Origin: Chloroflexota bacterium
GTDB lineage: Bacteria; Desulfobacterota; Binatia; UBA9968
Reading direction: 5' to 3'
Assembly: GCA_050257635.1 (NCBI GenBank)
Contig: JBLMXG010000023.1
Coordinates: 4,350-68,349, forward strand
DNA length: 64,000 nucleotides
Part shown: one piece after another, positions 37,593-47,826 of the stretch
Layout of the letters: every line of letters begins with the position of its first letter
Position numbering within the stretch: the stretch's first letter is position 1
Notes under the pieces: model-generated
Databases searched by the model: none
Seen by the model: the letters and a program-made list of their open reading frames with translations, nothing else
What the model was told of the DNA's origin: nothing
Translations under genes and position numbers: made by a program

Positions 37593-39149
37593 TCAGTTGG
37601 CAGTTGAACCGACAGCGCAACAGGTTACATGGGCGGATTTAGCTTCTCCTTGCGACTTGGCTTCCCATACGGCGCGCAAATCCGCCGAGTAGGGGTAGCG
37701 AATGCCGTTCTCTTCGAGAATCTTTGTCGTGGCATCCTCCAGATCGGCTCGGTTGAATACCATAGTCTCGTGGGTCAGCACGCCGGAGCTGGCGAATTTG
37801 AAACTGATCTGCGCGTCGCGGTTGTCGCGCAGAATCTCGACCAGATGGCGCAGGTTCTTAACCTGAATGCCGTTGACTTCGCTGAGCACGGCGCGGGCGG
37901 GATCGTCGTACCCTTGGGTCAGCCGGCTGGGAAACAACGGCGAGGCGACAATGACTAGCTCTTCGTTTTTGAAGGCGGGCTTGTCAAATCGCCGCGTGAC
38001 TAGCGGACTCGGTACGCGCCCGAGGGAAGGCATGCGTTGATTGCCCAAGCGCTCGAGGTAGTCCTGCGTCGTCTGCGAAAAAACGAAGGGCCCGAAGATA
38101 AAAAATCTCGGCACTTTGTCCATCAGATAGGGAATGACCAACTCTCTTTGCGACTGCACCGGCAGTTCGATTTCCCTGAGCCGGCCGTCACGATAGAGGG
38201 TCAGCGGCAGCATGCCGTTCTTGGCGAATTTCTGGACCAGATACGCGGCCGATAGCCGCAGGTCGTAGCGAATCGCCACTTTACCATCGCTGTCGACCGG
38301 CACATCGCCGATCTTCGTAATGACGTCCCACTCCTGCAACGGATAATCCGGATCGCTGCGGTAAGGCTGGGCAACCATCACGCCATTGATGCCTTTGGGC
38401 AAACCGAGGCGCTGGCGCAGCGCGTCGTTTTCGACCGTTTGTATCAAATCGAACATCTGCGGCTTGCCATCATAGACGCCGTCGGCGATGTCAGCCAAGA
38501 AAAGCTTGATTTCCTCGACCGGAATCAGATAGCCGATGTTTTGCGCGTTTTGAATCAAGCTAAAGACCAATCCGACGAGCTTGCCGTCCGAGACCGCCGG
38601 CCCGCCACTGTTGCCAAAGTTGAGTGCCGCGTCCACCTGAATGCGCAGCCCGGATGTCTGGTAATAATAATCCGTATACTCGACGCGCGACACGATGCCT
38701 TGGGTGACCGAGAGCTCCGTGCCGCCGGTGGGGTAGCCGTAGACATTGATGGTGTCCTTGACGCGCGGCATCTCGTCGGCAAAGGGCAAACTACCGCGAT
38801 GGTCGAAAAACGATTCGTCATCGAGCTTCAAGATCGCTAGATCCATGCCCGGCGTCATCGCCTCGACCCGCGCGGGAATGTAGCTTGCCGACTGGTTCGG
38901 CTGCACGTAAATCTGGCTTGCGTATTTGACGACATGGGCATTGGTCAAGATCCGTTTGCCGTCGATGACCACGCCGGAACCTTTGACTTGCTGCGGGCTG
39001 ACTTTGGTCCAAGGACGGAAGAGATCCGGACTGTGGTGGATCGCATGAATCTTTACTACCAAGTCTCGAATCGAATCCTGAGCGTAAATCCCGTGCGGAG
39101 AAAACAGGCACAAGCTTAGCATGATCAGCCCGATAAAGCGTCGGTCCAT
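37593..39149 (-). CDS. Secreted trypsin-like (S1/Deg-related) serine protease with C-terminal extension
   Basis: Catalytic His (TNAHVV), Asp (DLAILKL), Ser (GNSGGP). Signal peptide follows ATG 39149, which has an AAGGAG RBS. Confidence 0.75.
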   Translation of the reverse strand: MDRRFIGLIMLSLCLFSPHGIYAQDSIRDLVVKIHAIHHSPDLFRPWTKVSPQQVKGSGVVIDGKRILTNAHVVKYASQIYVQPNQSASYIPARVEAMTPGMDLAILKLDDESFFDHRGSLPFADEMPRVKDTINVYGYPTGGTELSVTQGIVSRVEYTDYYYQTSGLRIQVDAALNFGNSGGPAVSDGKLVGLVFSLIQNAQNIGYLIPVEEIKLFLADIADGVYDGKPQMFDLIQTVENDALRQRLGLPKGINGVMVAQPYRSDPDYPLQEWDVITKIGDVPVDSDGKVAIRYDLRLSAAYLVQKFAKNGMLPLTLYRDGRLREIELPVQSQRELVIPYLMDKVPRFFIFGPFVFSQTTQDYLERLGNQRMPSLGRVPSPLVTRRFDKPAFKNEELVIVASPLFPSRLTQGYDDPARAVLSEVNGIQVKNLRHLVEILRDNRDAQISFKFASSGVLTHETMVFNRADLEDATTKILEENGIRYPYSADLRAVWEAKSQGEAKSAHVTCCAVGSTAN

Positions 39150-39288
39150 GACAACTCCTTGCGGTAAACCGTGTCGAAGAATCCACCGCATTATATATGA
39201 ACAGGATTTTAAGTTAAGTCATTTAAAATCGCCTTGGGCTTTGACTGACATACCATTGTCTAGTACATCCAGCCCATCTTACTAATTC

Positions 39289-40152
39289 ATGGCACCTGAG
39301 GCGATTGCACTTCTGGCATCGGTTTCGTTTGCGTTGTTTGCCGTGTACGGCTGGCTCGGCTTGCTTTATTCGACGCCGCTCGTTGGCACGATCGTGTCAT
39401 TGTCGGCGCGCACGATCACCCTCGGTGCCGCGGTGGCGCTCAGCGGTGGCATTCCAGAATACCAAAACACGGCGTTGACGGTATTCGTTGGCCTGGGTCT
39501 GTTGCAAAGCGGGATCAGTCTGTTGACCTTTATCGGCCTGCAAAAGATCGGCACCTCGCGCAGCCAACCGCTGCGCAACAGTTATCCGCTCTGGAGCGCG
39601 CTCATTGCTGTGGTCGTGATGCACGAAAGGGCGAGCTTGGCCGTGCTTGTGGGCACTTTGCTGGTCGTCGTCGGCGTGGTGCTGATTTTCTGGAAACCGG
39701 AATCGACATTGCCCAACTATCGCGCCTGGCATGTGATGTACTCGCTCGGCGCCGGCTTTCTCGCCGGTCTGGCTTTTCCTTTGCGGCGTTACGGGCTCAC
39801 GATCAGCAACGAGCCGATCTTTTTTAGCTTTGTGGTTGCGGTAGTGTCGTTGTTGGGCGCGGTTCCTTATTTATTCTGGAAGCGAGCCAATCAGAGGTTG
39901 GTTTGGCAGCCCAAAGGCGTGCTGCATTTTCTGATCTCGGGATTTTGCGAGGCCTTGGGAGCATTGCTGACGCTCGTCGCCTTGACCAACGCTAGGGTGG
40001 TGATCGTCTCGCCGATCGTCGCGACTACGCCGTTTTTCAGTCTGGTTATTTCGTTGGTTTTCCTGCGCGGCAAGGAAAGGGTTACCGGTTTGACGATTCT
40101 CGGCACAGTTGCGGTGGTGGCCGGCACGGTCGCGATCGCGCTGGGGAAATGA
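39289..40152 (+). CDS. EamA-family (DMT superfamily) transporter
   Basis: Ten predicted hydrophobic helices in two EamA repeats. Confidence 0.75.
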   Translation: MAPEAIALLASVSFALFAVYGWLGLLYSTPLVGTIVSLSARTITLGAAVALSGGIPEYQNTALTVFVGLGLLQSGISLLTFIGLQKIGTSRSQPLRNSYPLWSALIAVVVMHERASLAVLVGTLLVVVGVVLIFWKPESTLPNYRAWHVMYSLGAGFLAGLAFPLRRYGLTISNEPIFFSFVVAVVSLLGAVPYLFWKRANQRLVWQPKGVLHFLISGFCEALGALLTLVALTNARVVIVSPIVATTPFFSLVISLVFLRGKERVTGLTILGTVAVVAGTVAIALGK

Positions 40153-40248
40153 CAAGGCCGACATAACCTTGACAGCGCGAAGCGCTGCGACGTATCGGTA
40201 ATGACTGAGGTCAAACCAATTTCTTCGTCGGTCAAAAGAGGAGGGAAC

Positions 40249-40557
40249 ATGTGGTATTTGGTTTTGCGCAGGCCGGTCAAACCACGCGAGGAGTGGACGG
40301 TCAGTCTGGATCAACATCTGATCTGGATGAAACAGCAACATGAATCCGGCAGGATTCTTTTTTCCGGTCCGACGACGGATCGCAAATATGGCGTCTATGT
40401 CATTCATGCCGGCGACAAGGCGGAAGCGGAAAAAATTGCCGCCAGCGATCCCTACACCGCCGCGGGTTTTTGTACTTTTGATTTGCTCGAGTGGGAGGTG
40501 CATCAAATTATGGGCGTCGGTCCCTTCACCGCGGCTGAGATGCGTGCCCATCGATAG
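40249..40557 (+). CDS. YciI-like (YCII/Dabb fold) protein
   Basis: MWYLVLRRPVKP... ferredoxin-like YciI family start. AGAGGAGGGAAC RBS lies before the internal ATG at 40249. Confidence 0.65.
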   Translation: MWYLVLRRPVKPREEWTVSLDQHLIWMKQQHESGRILFSGPTTDRKYGVYVIHAGDKAEAEKIAASDPYTAAGFCTFDLLEWEVHQIMGVGPFTAAEMRAHR

Positions 40558-40733
40558 AGCACAGACCGGTTTAGGAAAAATTGCGGCATGCGATTCGAGA
40601 AAAAAATTCAAAAAGAGTTCTTGACATAGATAATTCACGGCGCTAGCGTTTTTTTAGCCTCGCATTTTTAGCGAGGCGCGAAGAGCGGAGGCAGAGCGCG
40701 CCTGTCGGAGCTCTTCCATAAGCGGAGGTTTTT

Positions 40734-40829
40734 ATGACCGGAGAAGATAGTCCACCGGGCGACTCAAGCCCGCTGGCGGCGGACGCCAGCAGTTCGATCG
40801 AAATAACCGCAGGAAATCGAGCTGTGTGA
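40734..40829 (+). CDS. Candidate small ORF (31 aa, acidic Ser/Pro-rich)
   Basis: ATG is preceded by AAGCGGAGGTTTTT (a GGAGG Shine-Dalgarno ending 5 nt before the ATG). Peptide MTGEDSPPGDSSPLAADASSSIEITAGNRAV. Upstream is a TTGACA-17nt-TAGCGT promoter-like site; downstream is a perfect hairpin. Confidence 0.2.
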   Translation: MTGEDSPPGDSSPLAADASSSIEITAGNRAV

Positions 40830-41018
40830 ACCAAGCCCTCAACCCCGGCGCCGTTCGGCGCGAACCCGAAAATGGGTCACTCAGAAGGTTGGGCTTCCTC
40901 GAAGCAGTCTCGAAAAAACAATCCCAGCGGTGAGTTCGAAGCGGAGGCTGGTTGGATCGTTGGTAAGCGGGCTGCAGCGAAAAAATTAAATATGTAATCT
41001 ATGGCGCGATGGCGTCAG

Positions 41019-41054
41019 AGGAAGGGCAGTCTGACTACTCAGACTGCCCTTCCT
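41019..41054. other. Perfect 16-bp stem / 4-nt loop hairpin
   Basis: AGGAAGGGCAGTCTGA-CTAC-TCAGACTGCCCTTCCT with no mismatch. Lies between the small ORF and the 3' end of the minus-strand isomerase-like gene. Confidence 0.5.
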
Positions 41055-41115
41055 GTTTCGAGCGCCGCAGCGATGCACATCGCGTCGCATAGCCCAAGCG
41101 ATTCTCCAATTAATA

Positions 41116-41826
41116 TCAGCCCCGCAACAGTTTGCCGTAGCCCTCGATGGGTGCCTCTATACCGAGGACGTTCATGACCCACCAGAGCGAGGCGGCGGTG
41201 CTGGATACCACCGGCTTTGCCGTATCATCCTCCAACTCCTGCACGTAGGCGACCGAACGCCACCGCCCCTGAATCAACAGGCTGTCGACCTCGGGGTGCT
41301 GGCGAAATAACTCGCGAGCTACTCTATAAGAGGCGTAGTCTGGTAGCTTGACCTGATCCACCGGTTTAGAAACTTCCAACCCCTTGATTGCTAGAACTGT
41401 CACGCCGCCATCCTCATAGTATTTTTTGACGGCTTGGTTGATGCTTTCCTTGTAGGCCGTGGCGATCACCGTGGTCCGTATCCCCAAATGTTTGAGCGCT
41501 TCGACGGTTGCACCCATGGCGGTGCTGACCGGCAGACCGACCTGTCGGGATAGCTTGGCGACGATTTCCTGCTCCGCGCTGTAACCGCGCTGCGTTCCAA
41601 GGGTGATACCGCCCATGAGAATCGCATCGCATTCCTCGGCGGCGAAGATTCCCAAACCCGCACCGAGCGCGTCGATGGCCCTGTTGAATTCGGCATCGGT
41701 GTGGGCTTGGACGTTGAGCCCAGACGCGACGATGGTAAACCCCTTGGGCAAAATTAGGTCCCAATCCGACGGCGTTTCAAAAACCGAGGGTGATAAATAA
41801 CCGATGCGTGCTTTCCAACCTGACAA
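41116..41826 (-). CDS. Asp/Glu/hydantoin-racemase superfamily protein (maleate isomerase / arylmalonate decarboxylase-like), paralog 1
   Basis: ARIGYLSPS...ILMGGITLG...VIATAYK pattern of maleate cis-trans isomerase-like enzymes. TTG at 41826 is preceded by AAGGAG. Confidence 0.65.
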   Translation of the reverse strand: MSGWKARIGYLSPSVFETPSDWDLILPKGFTIVASGLNVQAHTDAEFNRAIDALGAGLGIFAAEECDAILMGGITLGTQRGYSAEQEIVAKLSRQVGLPVSTAMGATVEALKHLGIRTTVIATAYKESINQAVKKYYEDGGVTVLAIKGLEVSKPVDQVKLPDYASYRVARELFRQHPEVDSLLIQGRWRSVAYVQELEDDTAKPVVSSTAASLWWVMNVLGIEAPIEGYGKLLRG

Positions 41827-42399
41827 GGCGTTCTCCTTTTCGTGCGGCTGCAACGCTGATCATGTGATCCATGACGGGCTTGCCGAGCCACAGCCATGGA
41901 GCGGGCGCGCGGGGCGCTTAGAATACCTCAGAAAAAGGCGGTTCGGGCAGGACCTAACCCTTCCGGAGGATTTTCCTTCGCGCTTTTGTAACTTAATAAG
42001 TCTCTCATGGAAAGACTCGCTGCCGTGGCGCGCGTCACTTTTGGCGGACTCCTATCGACGCGCCGGCAAATCATGTGGGCAGGCGGTACGAAAATCGTGA
42101 CCGCAGCCAACGCAGCTGATCGCTCCGTTGCAGCGCGCCCCGCTTACCGCTTTGTCGACAAAGACGGTTCACATGGCTCGAAGCAAAGGTTAAAAAGTAA
42201 TAGATGGCTTGCCAGCCCGCAGCCCTGGCAAATCACGCCCTGCGTGAATCGCTGGGATAGCTTGCGAAACTCGAATCGCGATGTTACTTGAAGCCCAGAA
42301 AATGCTAGATTATGCGTCAAAGTTAATGAAAGGGGTTTACTTGAGCTCGATGGCGCGGTAAAAAATTCAGCCAAAAATTTGATTTGATGCGTTAGGTAT

Positions 42400-43557
42400 A
42401 TGAAAAATAAAAGATTATTTAATAAACAACTTTTTTGTATAGGTTTGGCGAGCGCCTTCGTGCTGACGTCGCTTTGGACTTGGATTCCGCTTAACGCCCG
42501 GGCCGCCGATGGATTGGAGTTTAACCGGCGCGCGACGGCGACGGCGCAAATTCTCGCGGGGGTTACACCCAATCCGTCCGACTCGGCATTGCAGCGTCTG
42601 GTTGAAACTGAGGCGTTCAAGGAACATCAGCAGTGGATGACCTCGAATTGGAATCAAGTGCGCGGCCGCATCCTAACCATGGAGAACTGGCGCAGCCAGG
42701 AAATCAAAATTCCCGGCGCGTCGAAAAAGACCCTGCTCTATCCTTTTAGCGGTCCCGACTTTCTCAACGCCTATACCTTTTTTCCCGAGCATGGCCGCTA
42801 TATTTTTTTCAGTTTGGAACGGCCCGGCACGCTGCCGGATCTAGAATCGGTGACGCCCGCACAGTTTGCCAAGTTGTTGCAGGACGTGCGCAGCGCGTTT
42901 CGCGACATCTTCGAGCGTAATTACTTTATCACTTCCTACATGACCAAGCAGCTAACCACGCCGTGGATTCGCGGCACAGTTCCGGTGATGGCGACCATGA
43001 TGGCGCTGATGAATCGCCGTATTGTTCGGATCGAGCCCCTCGACCTTTTTCCCGAGATTACTCGTAGCTTCGATTCGTCTGAGACGAAACGGCCGCGGGT
43101 TTTGATGCGTGCCGTCCGCATTGAGTTCGGCAGCCCGAGCGGTTCCAACACACAGCAACTGTATTATGTTTCGCTCGACGCCACCGACAAGGCCCTGGAG
43201 TTCTATCCCGACTTTCTGAACTGGGTGAGCCACTACAAGCCCGCCACAGTGCTGATCAAGTCGGCCTCCTATCTTCTGCACGATCAGCAGTTCTCGAAGA
43301 CCCGCGCGATGTTGTTAGACGCGGCCGATGTCCTGGTGCAGGACGACACCGGCATTCCGTACCGCTACATCAGCCACACCCCATGGCAGGTAAAGCTCTA
43401 CGGCCGCTACCACAAGCCGATCAGACCGATGACCTATGGCTATCAAAAGGATCTTGAGAGCGCCTACAGCGCCCGACCGGAACAGACTCCGTTGCCTTTT
43501 CCTTTCGGTTATCATTGGCGTGGCCAGCAGTCCGGCCTTATTGCTGCTTACCGCTAG
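42400..43557 (+). CDS. Hypothetical secreted protein (385 aa), no recognised domain
   Basis: Signal peptide CIGLASAFVLTSLWTWIPLNARA. Coding-like composition. Flanked by about 550-bp noncoding stretches. Confidence 0.5.
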   Translation: MKNKRLFNKQLFCIGLASAFVLTSLWTWIPLNARAADGLEFNRRATATAQILAGVTPNPSDSALQRLVETEAFKEHQQWMTSNWNQVRGRILTMENWRSQEIKIPGASKKTLLYPFSGPDFLNAYTFFPEHGRYIFFSLERPGTLPDLESVTPAQFAKLLQDVRSAFRDIFERNYFITSYMTKQLTTPWIRGTVPVMATMMALMNRRIVRIEPLDLFPEITRSFDSSETKRPRVLMRAVRIEFGSPSGSNTQQLYYVSLDATDKALEFYPDFLNWVSHYKPATVLIKSASYLLHDQQFSKTRAMLLDAADVLVQDDTGIPYRYISHTPWQVKLYGRYHKPIRPMTYGYQKDLESAYSARPEQTPLPFPFGYHWRGQQSGLIAAYR

Positions 43558-43569
43558 CTCGGTGATTTC

Positions 43570-44427
43570 ATGGTGCGCGGCATCGGGCTCGCTTTGGTGT
43601 TGCTGACCGTGACCAGACCGAGCGATGCCGGTGAAATCGTCCGGCGATCGTTTCAGACCAGCGACGGTGTAAAGCTTTCTTTTTTACAGGCCGGGCAGGA
43701 CCATACCGGTAATAAAAAGCCCACCATCGTCTTGATTCCCGGCTGGTCGATGCCGGCGACGATCTGGCACAAACAACTGGAGGTCTTCGGCCACCGCTAT
43801 GAAACGGTTGCTTTGGACCCGCGCGGCCAGGGGGAATCGGACGTTCCGGCCACCGGCTACACAGCAGAACGGCGTGCTGCGGATATCCACGAGTTTCTGC
43901 TGCCGCGACCCAAGGTTTTGCTGATCGGTTGGTCATTGGGCGCCATCGAAGCGCTGCAAACCATCCACATGTTCGGCAGTGCGCCGCTGGCGGGATTGGT
44001 TTTGGTCGACAGTTCGGTAGGCGAAGAACCAGCCCCGGGGCCGGGCGGCAATTTCAAACAGCGCTTGCGCGAAGATCGGGCTAAAGCTATGGCCGAGTTC
44101 GTGCGCGCTATTTTCGCTACGCGGCGCGATCAAAGGGAATTGAACGAGTTGGCGCGCAAAGCCATGCGCATGAAACTCGAAGACAGTCTCGCGCTACTGG
44201 ACTATCCTTTCGAGCGCAGCCATTGGAAAAGAATCGCACTCGGACTTAAGAAACCTTTGCTCTATGCCGTTACCCGCCAGTTCGAGCAGCAAGCCGCAAA
44301 CCTCAAGAAAGATCGTCCGGCCACCCAAGTCGAGCTGTTTAAGAAGGCGGGTCATGCCTTGTTTGTCGACGAGCCCGAGCGCTTTAACGCTCTGATCGAG
44401 AAGTTTGCAGAAAAAATTTCGCGCTGA
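43570..44427 (+). CDS. Alpha/beta-fold hydrolase, secreted
   Basis: Signal peptide, nucleophile elbow GWSLGA, 285 aa. Confidence 0.8.
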   Translation: MVRGIGLALVLLTVTRPSDAGEIVRRSFQTSDGVKLSFLQAGQDHTGNKKPTIVLIPGWSMPATIWHKQLEVFGHRYETVALDPRGQGESDVPATGYTAERRAADIHEFLLPRPKVLLIGWSLGAIEALQTIHMFGSAPLAGLVLVDSSVGEEPAPGPGGNFKQRLREDRAKAMAEFVRAIFATRRDQRELNELARKAMRMKLEDSLALLDYPFERSHWKRIALGLKKPLLYAVTRQFEQQAANLKKDRPATQVELFKKAGHALFVDEPERFNALIEKFAEKISR

Positions 44428-44480
44428 AGCGCATGGCTGGCGCCGACTAACGATTCTCGATGCTATTTGCTTGTCCGCGT

Positions 44481-45203
44481 TCAGCGAGTGCCGATCGGTT
44501 CTAAGCCGCTTTTCGAAATGACGTCAGCGGCCTCTGGCGAGGCGAGGAATTTGATTGCTGCGCGAGCCGCGTTCGAATCCCCGGTGCTTACCGCGACGCC
44601 AGCCGAGAAGACGGACACTTTCTGCACTTCTGGCGGCAGCGGTGTGATGTGATCTATCCCGGGCACAGGGAGGAGCTCGCTCATCTGCTGGAAACCAATT
44701 TCCGCTTCTCCGCGCGCGATCACGGCGCCGACGCGCTCGCCGCCTTCGATACGCCGGCTTTTACTCAGCACATGGTCGGCTATTCCTAAGCGTTGAATCA
44801 GCTCGGTGGTGAGGTACTCGCCACTGACGCTGGCGGAGTAGGCGATGGATTTCGCCTGCAGAAGCGTCCGCTTCAGCGCGTCGACCGTGCTGATGTCCGG
44901 CTTCGGAGCTCCCGCGCGCACGGCCATGCCGATGGCCGAGCGCGCGAGCGGAGTGTAGCTGTCGGCTAGGACCAGGCCGTCCTTGATGAACCCCAGAAGT
45001 ACGGCGTCCGCTACGATGACCACGTCAGCCCGTTCACCGCGCCGCAGCCGATTTGGAATTGAGTTCTCGCCGGTCCCGATGGACGTTGCGGCAGTCACGA
45101 GTTTTTTCTTCGTCAGGATCTCGAGTCGCGGCACGAGCTCAAGATAGGCCGCGGTGAAAGCGCCTGAGGTCATGACCCGGAGGTCATCGGTGGTTGTGTT
45201 CAT
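44481..45203 (-). CDS. ModA-like periplasmic-binding-fold protein (SBP_bac_11-like) lacking a signal peptide
   Basis: MTSGAFTAAYLEL... and GERADVVIVAD resemble the molybdate/tungstate-binding protein pattern. The N-terminus MNTTTDDLRV is not signal-like. Confidence 0.55.
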   Translation of the reverse strand: MNTTTDDLRVMTSGAFTAAYLELVPRLEILTKKKLVTAATSIGTGENSIPNRLRRGERADVVIVADAVLLGFIKDGLVLADSYTPLARSAIGMAVRAGAPKPDISTVDALKRTLLQAKSIAYSASVSGEYLTTELIQRLGIADHVLSKSRRIEGGERVGAVIARGEAEIGFQQMSELLPVPGIDHITPLPPEVQKVSVFSAGVAVSTGDSNAARAAIKFLASPEAADVISKSGLEPIGTR

Positions 45204-45566
45204 GTCATCTCAATATTTTCAGTGTATTTGACGGCGATTGTAGCGCACACCTTAAAGTCTTTTATCCCCTAAAGTCCGCGACTGTTCAAGGTGGGGGGGA
45301 GCGGATTTACGCATCCAAAGGTCAAGATTCCACGTTCGAGCTTGAATTTAAAAGATCCGAGCTTGAATTAAGCAAAGCGTTTGATTAAACGGACCAACAT
45401 CGGATCGACGGACACATTTCACTAACACGATCTCGATAGATCCAAGACGGCGAGACGTATCCGCGAGTTGTTCATCATTCTTCTGTAACACTTTCTATGC
45501 GGTGTTGCTCTCTTGAACTTTGATCGATTTTCATCACATTTAGTATTGAGCAAAGGAGATCACCCC

Positions 45567-46631
45567 ATGCCCGTGATTGATGCTGATACCCACGTCGACG
45601 AATGCGAAGAGACCTGGAAGGATTTGGAGGGCACGCCGTACGCGAAGTATATTCCCGTGACCATTTCTATGCCGCCCGACGAAGCGAAGCGCGCCGGTTA
45701 TAACCCGACCAACAGCCGCTGCTGGGTGGTGGAGGGTAGACTGCAGAACCGAGCGATCCGCGACGAGGTCAATCATCCCCCTCGGGTGTTTCGCGAGCTT
45801 CAAGACGTGCCGGGCCGGCTCGCCCATATGGACAAAATGGGCGTCGATATTCAGGTGATCTTCCCGACGTTTTTTATCCGTTACAATACTACCAACGCGG
45901 AAGCCGAATGGGCGCTGACCACAACTTACAATCGCTGGATCGCCGAAAAATGCGCGAAAACCGATGATCGCCTGCGCTGGGCCGCGGTATTACCGCTGCT
46001 CCAGCCCGACAAGGCGGTCGACGAGCTACGCTGGGCGAAGCAGCACGGCGCTTGCGGTATCTACAAGCGCGGCTTCGACCTCGATCGGCAGGTCACTGAC
46101 CCGCACTTTTTTCCGGTCTACGAAGAGGCCGCCGCGCTCGACATCCCTTTGTGTATCCACACCGGACACCCGCTGCCGGCCCACGAATGGGACCGGGGCT
46201 TTCCGATCATCTACTCGTTCACGACGTTGGTGAGTTCCGGTGTTGCAAAAAAGTTTCCGAAGCTTCGCTTCGGGCTGATCGAGTCGGGCGCCTCCTGGAT
46301 TCCCTACGCGATTTCCCAGCTCGGAGCGGTGAAGCGCCAGTCGCTCCGCGGCAAACAAACTCGCTTGCCGCGCCTGTTCGAACTGGAGCCGGAAATCTTC
46401 CGCGCCAACCGGATATACATCACCATCGATCCGATCGACGACGTGGAATCTCTGCTGCAGTTCGGCACCGAAGACAACCTGATGATCGGCACCGACTATA
46501 GCCACACCGACATCTCAGCGAACTTGAGCGGTTTGGACGAAGTGCGGAGCTGGGTGGATGAAGGGAGGATCACCAAAGCTCAGAGCGATAAGATCCTGGA
46601 GACTAATTCTCAAGCTTTCTACGGCTTGTAG
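45567..46631 (+). CDS. Amidohydrolase_2 family protein (ACMSD/LigW-type), second copy
   Basis: PVIDADTHVDE metal-binding start. AAAGGAG RBS lies before ATG 45567. Confidence 0.75.
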   Translation: MPVIDADTHVDECEETWKDLEGTPYAKYIPVTISMPPDEAKRAGYNPTNSRCWVVEGRLQNRAIRDEVNHPPRVFRELQDVPGRLAHMDKMGVDIQVIFPTFFIRYNTTNAEAEWALTTTYNRWIAEKCAKTDDRLRWAAVLPLLQPDKAVDELRWAKQHGACGIYKRGFDLDRQVTDPHFFPVYEEAAALDIPLCIHTGHPLPAHEWDRGFPIIYSFTTLVSSGVAKKFPKLRFGLIESGASWIPYAISQLGAVKRQSLRGKQTRLPRLFELEPEIFRANRIYITIDPIDDVESLLQFGTEDNLMIGTDYSHTDISANLSGLDEVRSWVDEGRITKAQSDKILETNSQAFYGL

Positions 46632-46852
46632 AAAATGATGTCAGATGGCGGTCAATGATCCGATTGCAAGCTTCTGGCCGCAACCGTCAATGACGTCGGC
46701 CGGATAAACGTTCGCTGACGGCGACTAGAAAACATCCGCTCGGTTCGATTTCCGAGGCGAAGGAGGCCAAGGAGTTCTTCCATCCGTTCCATTGCGCAAA
46801 TAGAGCGGATTGTATTGACTCCGCGTTCGATCTCGCGAGCCAAAAATCGTCG

Positions 46853-46880
46853 TTGCGACATATTGACGAACGTTTAGAAT
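46853..46880 (+). promoter_or_regulatory. Candidate sigma70-type promoter of the peroxiredoxin gene
   Basis: TTGCGA-16 nt-TAGAAT, about 45 nt upstream of the start. Confidence 0.35.
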
Positions 46881-46927
46881 CGCGATACCCGTAAGCATCC
46901 AAAAAACTTTTGAAAAGGAGACAAATT

Positions 46928-47584
46928 ATGGCCCTTAGAATAGGTGACGTGTCGCCGGATTTTTCTGCGGAAACTAGTGAAGGTAAAATCAACTTCCACG
47001 ATTGGATCGGCAATAGTTATGCAATTCTCTTCTCGCATCCGAAGGATTTCACACCCGTCTGCACCACCGAGCTCGGTTACATGGCCGGCCTCAAGCCCGA
47101 GTTTGACAAACGCAACTGCAAAATCATCGGTCTGAGCGCCGATCCGGTGAGCGATCACAAGAACTGGTCCAAGGACATTCAAGACGCGACGGGACACGCG
47201 CCGACTTACCCAATCATCGGCGACGCGGATCTCAAGGTCGCCAAGCTCTACGATATGCTTCCAGCCAGCGAGACACCCGGCCAGCGCACCGCCGCGGACA
47301 ACCAGACGATCCGGTCGGTGTTTGTCATCGGGCCGGACAAGAAAATCAAGGCGATGCTCATCTATCCGATGAGCACAGGCCGCAACTTCGATGAAGTGCT
47401 GCGCTTGCTTGACTCGGTGCAGATTACCGCCAAGCACTCGGTGGCGACACCGGTAAATTGGAAACCGGGCCAAGACGTCATCATTCCCACTTCGGTGTCC
47501 GATGATGACGCCAAGAAGAAATACCCGCAGGGCTTCAAAACTGTTAAGCCCTACCTGCGATTCGTTTCACAGCCAAAGGATTGA
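46928..47584 (+). CDS. 1-Cys peroxiredoxin (Prx6 subfamily)
   Basis: Peroxidatic Cys in FTPVCTTE and no resolving Cys. AAAAGGAGA RBS. 218 aa. Confidence 0.85.
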   Translation: MALRIGDVSPDFSAETSEGKINFHDWIGNSYAILFSHPKDFTPVCTTELGYMAGLKPEFDKRNCKIIGLSADPVSDHKNWSKDIQDATGHAPTYPIIGDADLKVAKLYDMLPASETPGQRTAADNQTIRSVFVIGPDKKIKAMLIYPMSTGRNFDEVLRLLDSVQITAKHSVATPVNWKPGQDVIIPTSVSDDDAKKKYPQGFKTVKPYLRFVSQPKD

Positions 47585-47603
47585 GCGAGTTTTGCGATTT
47601 TTG

Positions 47604-47648
47604 GAGAGGCGAGCGTCGATCGTTCGACGCCCGCCTCTTTTTTTTCCA
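47604..47648 (+). terminator. Rho-independent terminator after the peroxiredoxin gene
   Basis: GAGAGGCGAGCGTCGATCGTTCGACGCCCGCCTC stem-loop followed by T8. Confidence 0.6.
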
Positions 47649-47826
47649 GAAACCGCTCGACGTTGAATTTTCCGTAGCTTCGTCGAAGATCCGCTGACTT
47701 CAGTAAGCTAGAGGCGGTCGATCGAAAAGCTCGGCTGCTCGGCGTCAGGGAGGCGTTACCCACCGTATGGCCGCAAAGACGCCCGCCGAGAGGGAATCCT
47801 CGGCTGTTACGCAAGCAATGGCGACG

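Noticed and set aside
40986-40999. The AT-rich 14-mer TTAAATATGTAATC occurs at 40986-40999 and again at 62447-62460, both just downstream of hairpins.
   Set aside because: With about 128,000 k-mer positions on two strands, a handful of repeated 14-mers is expected by chance. There is no extended similarity around either copy.
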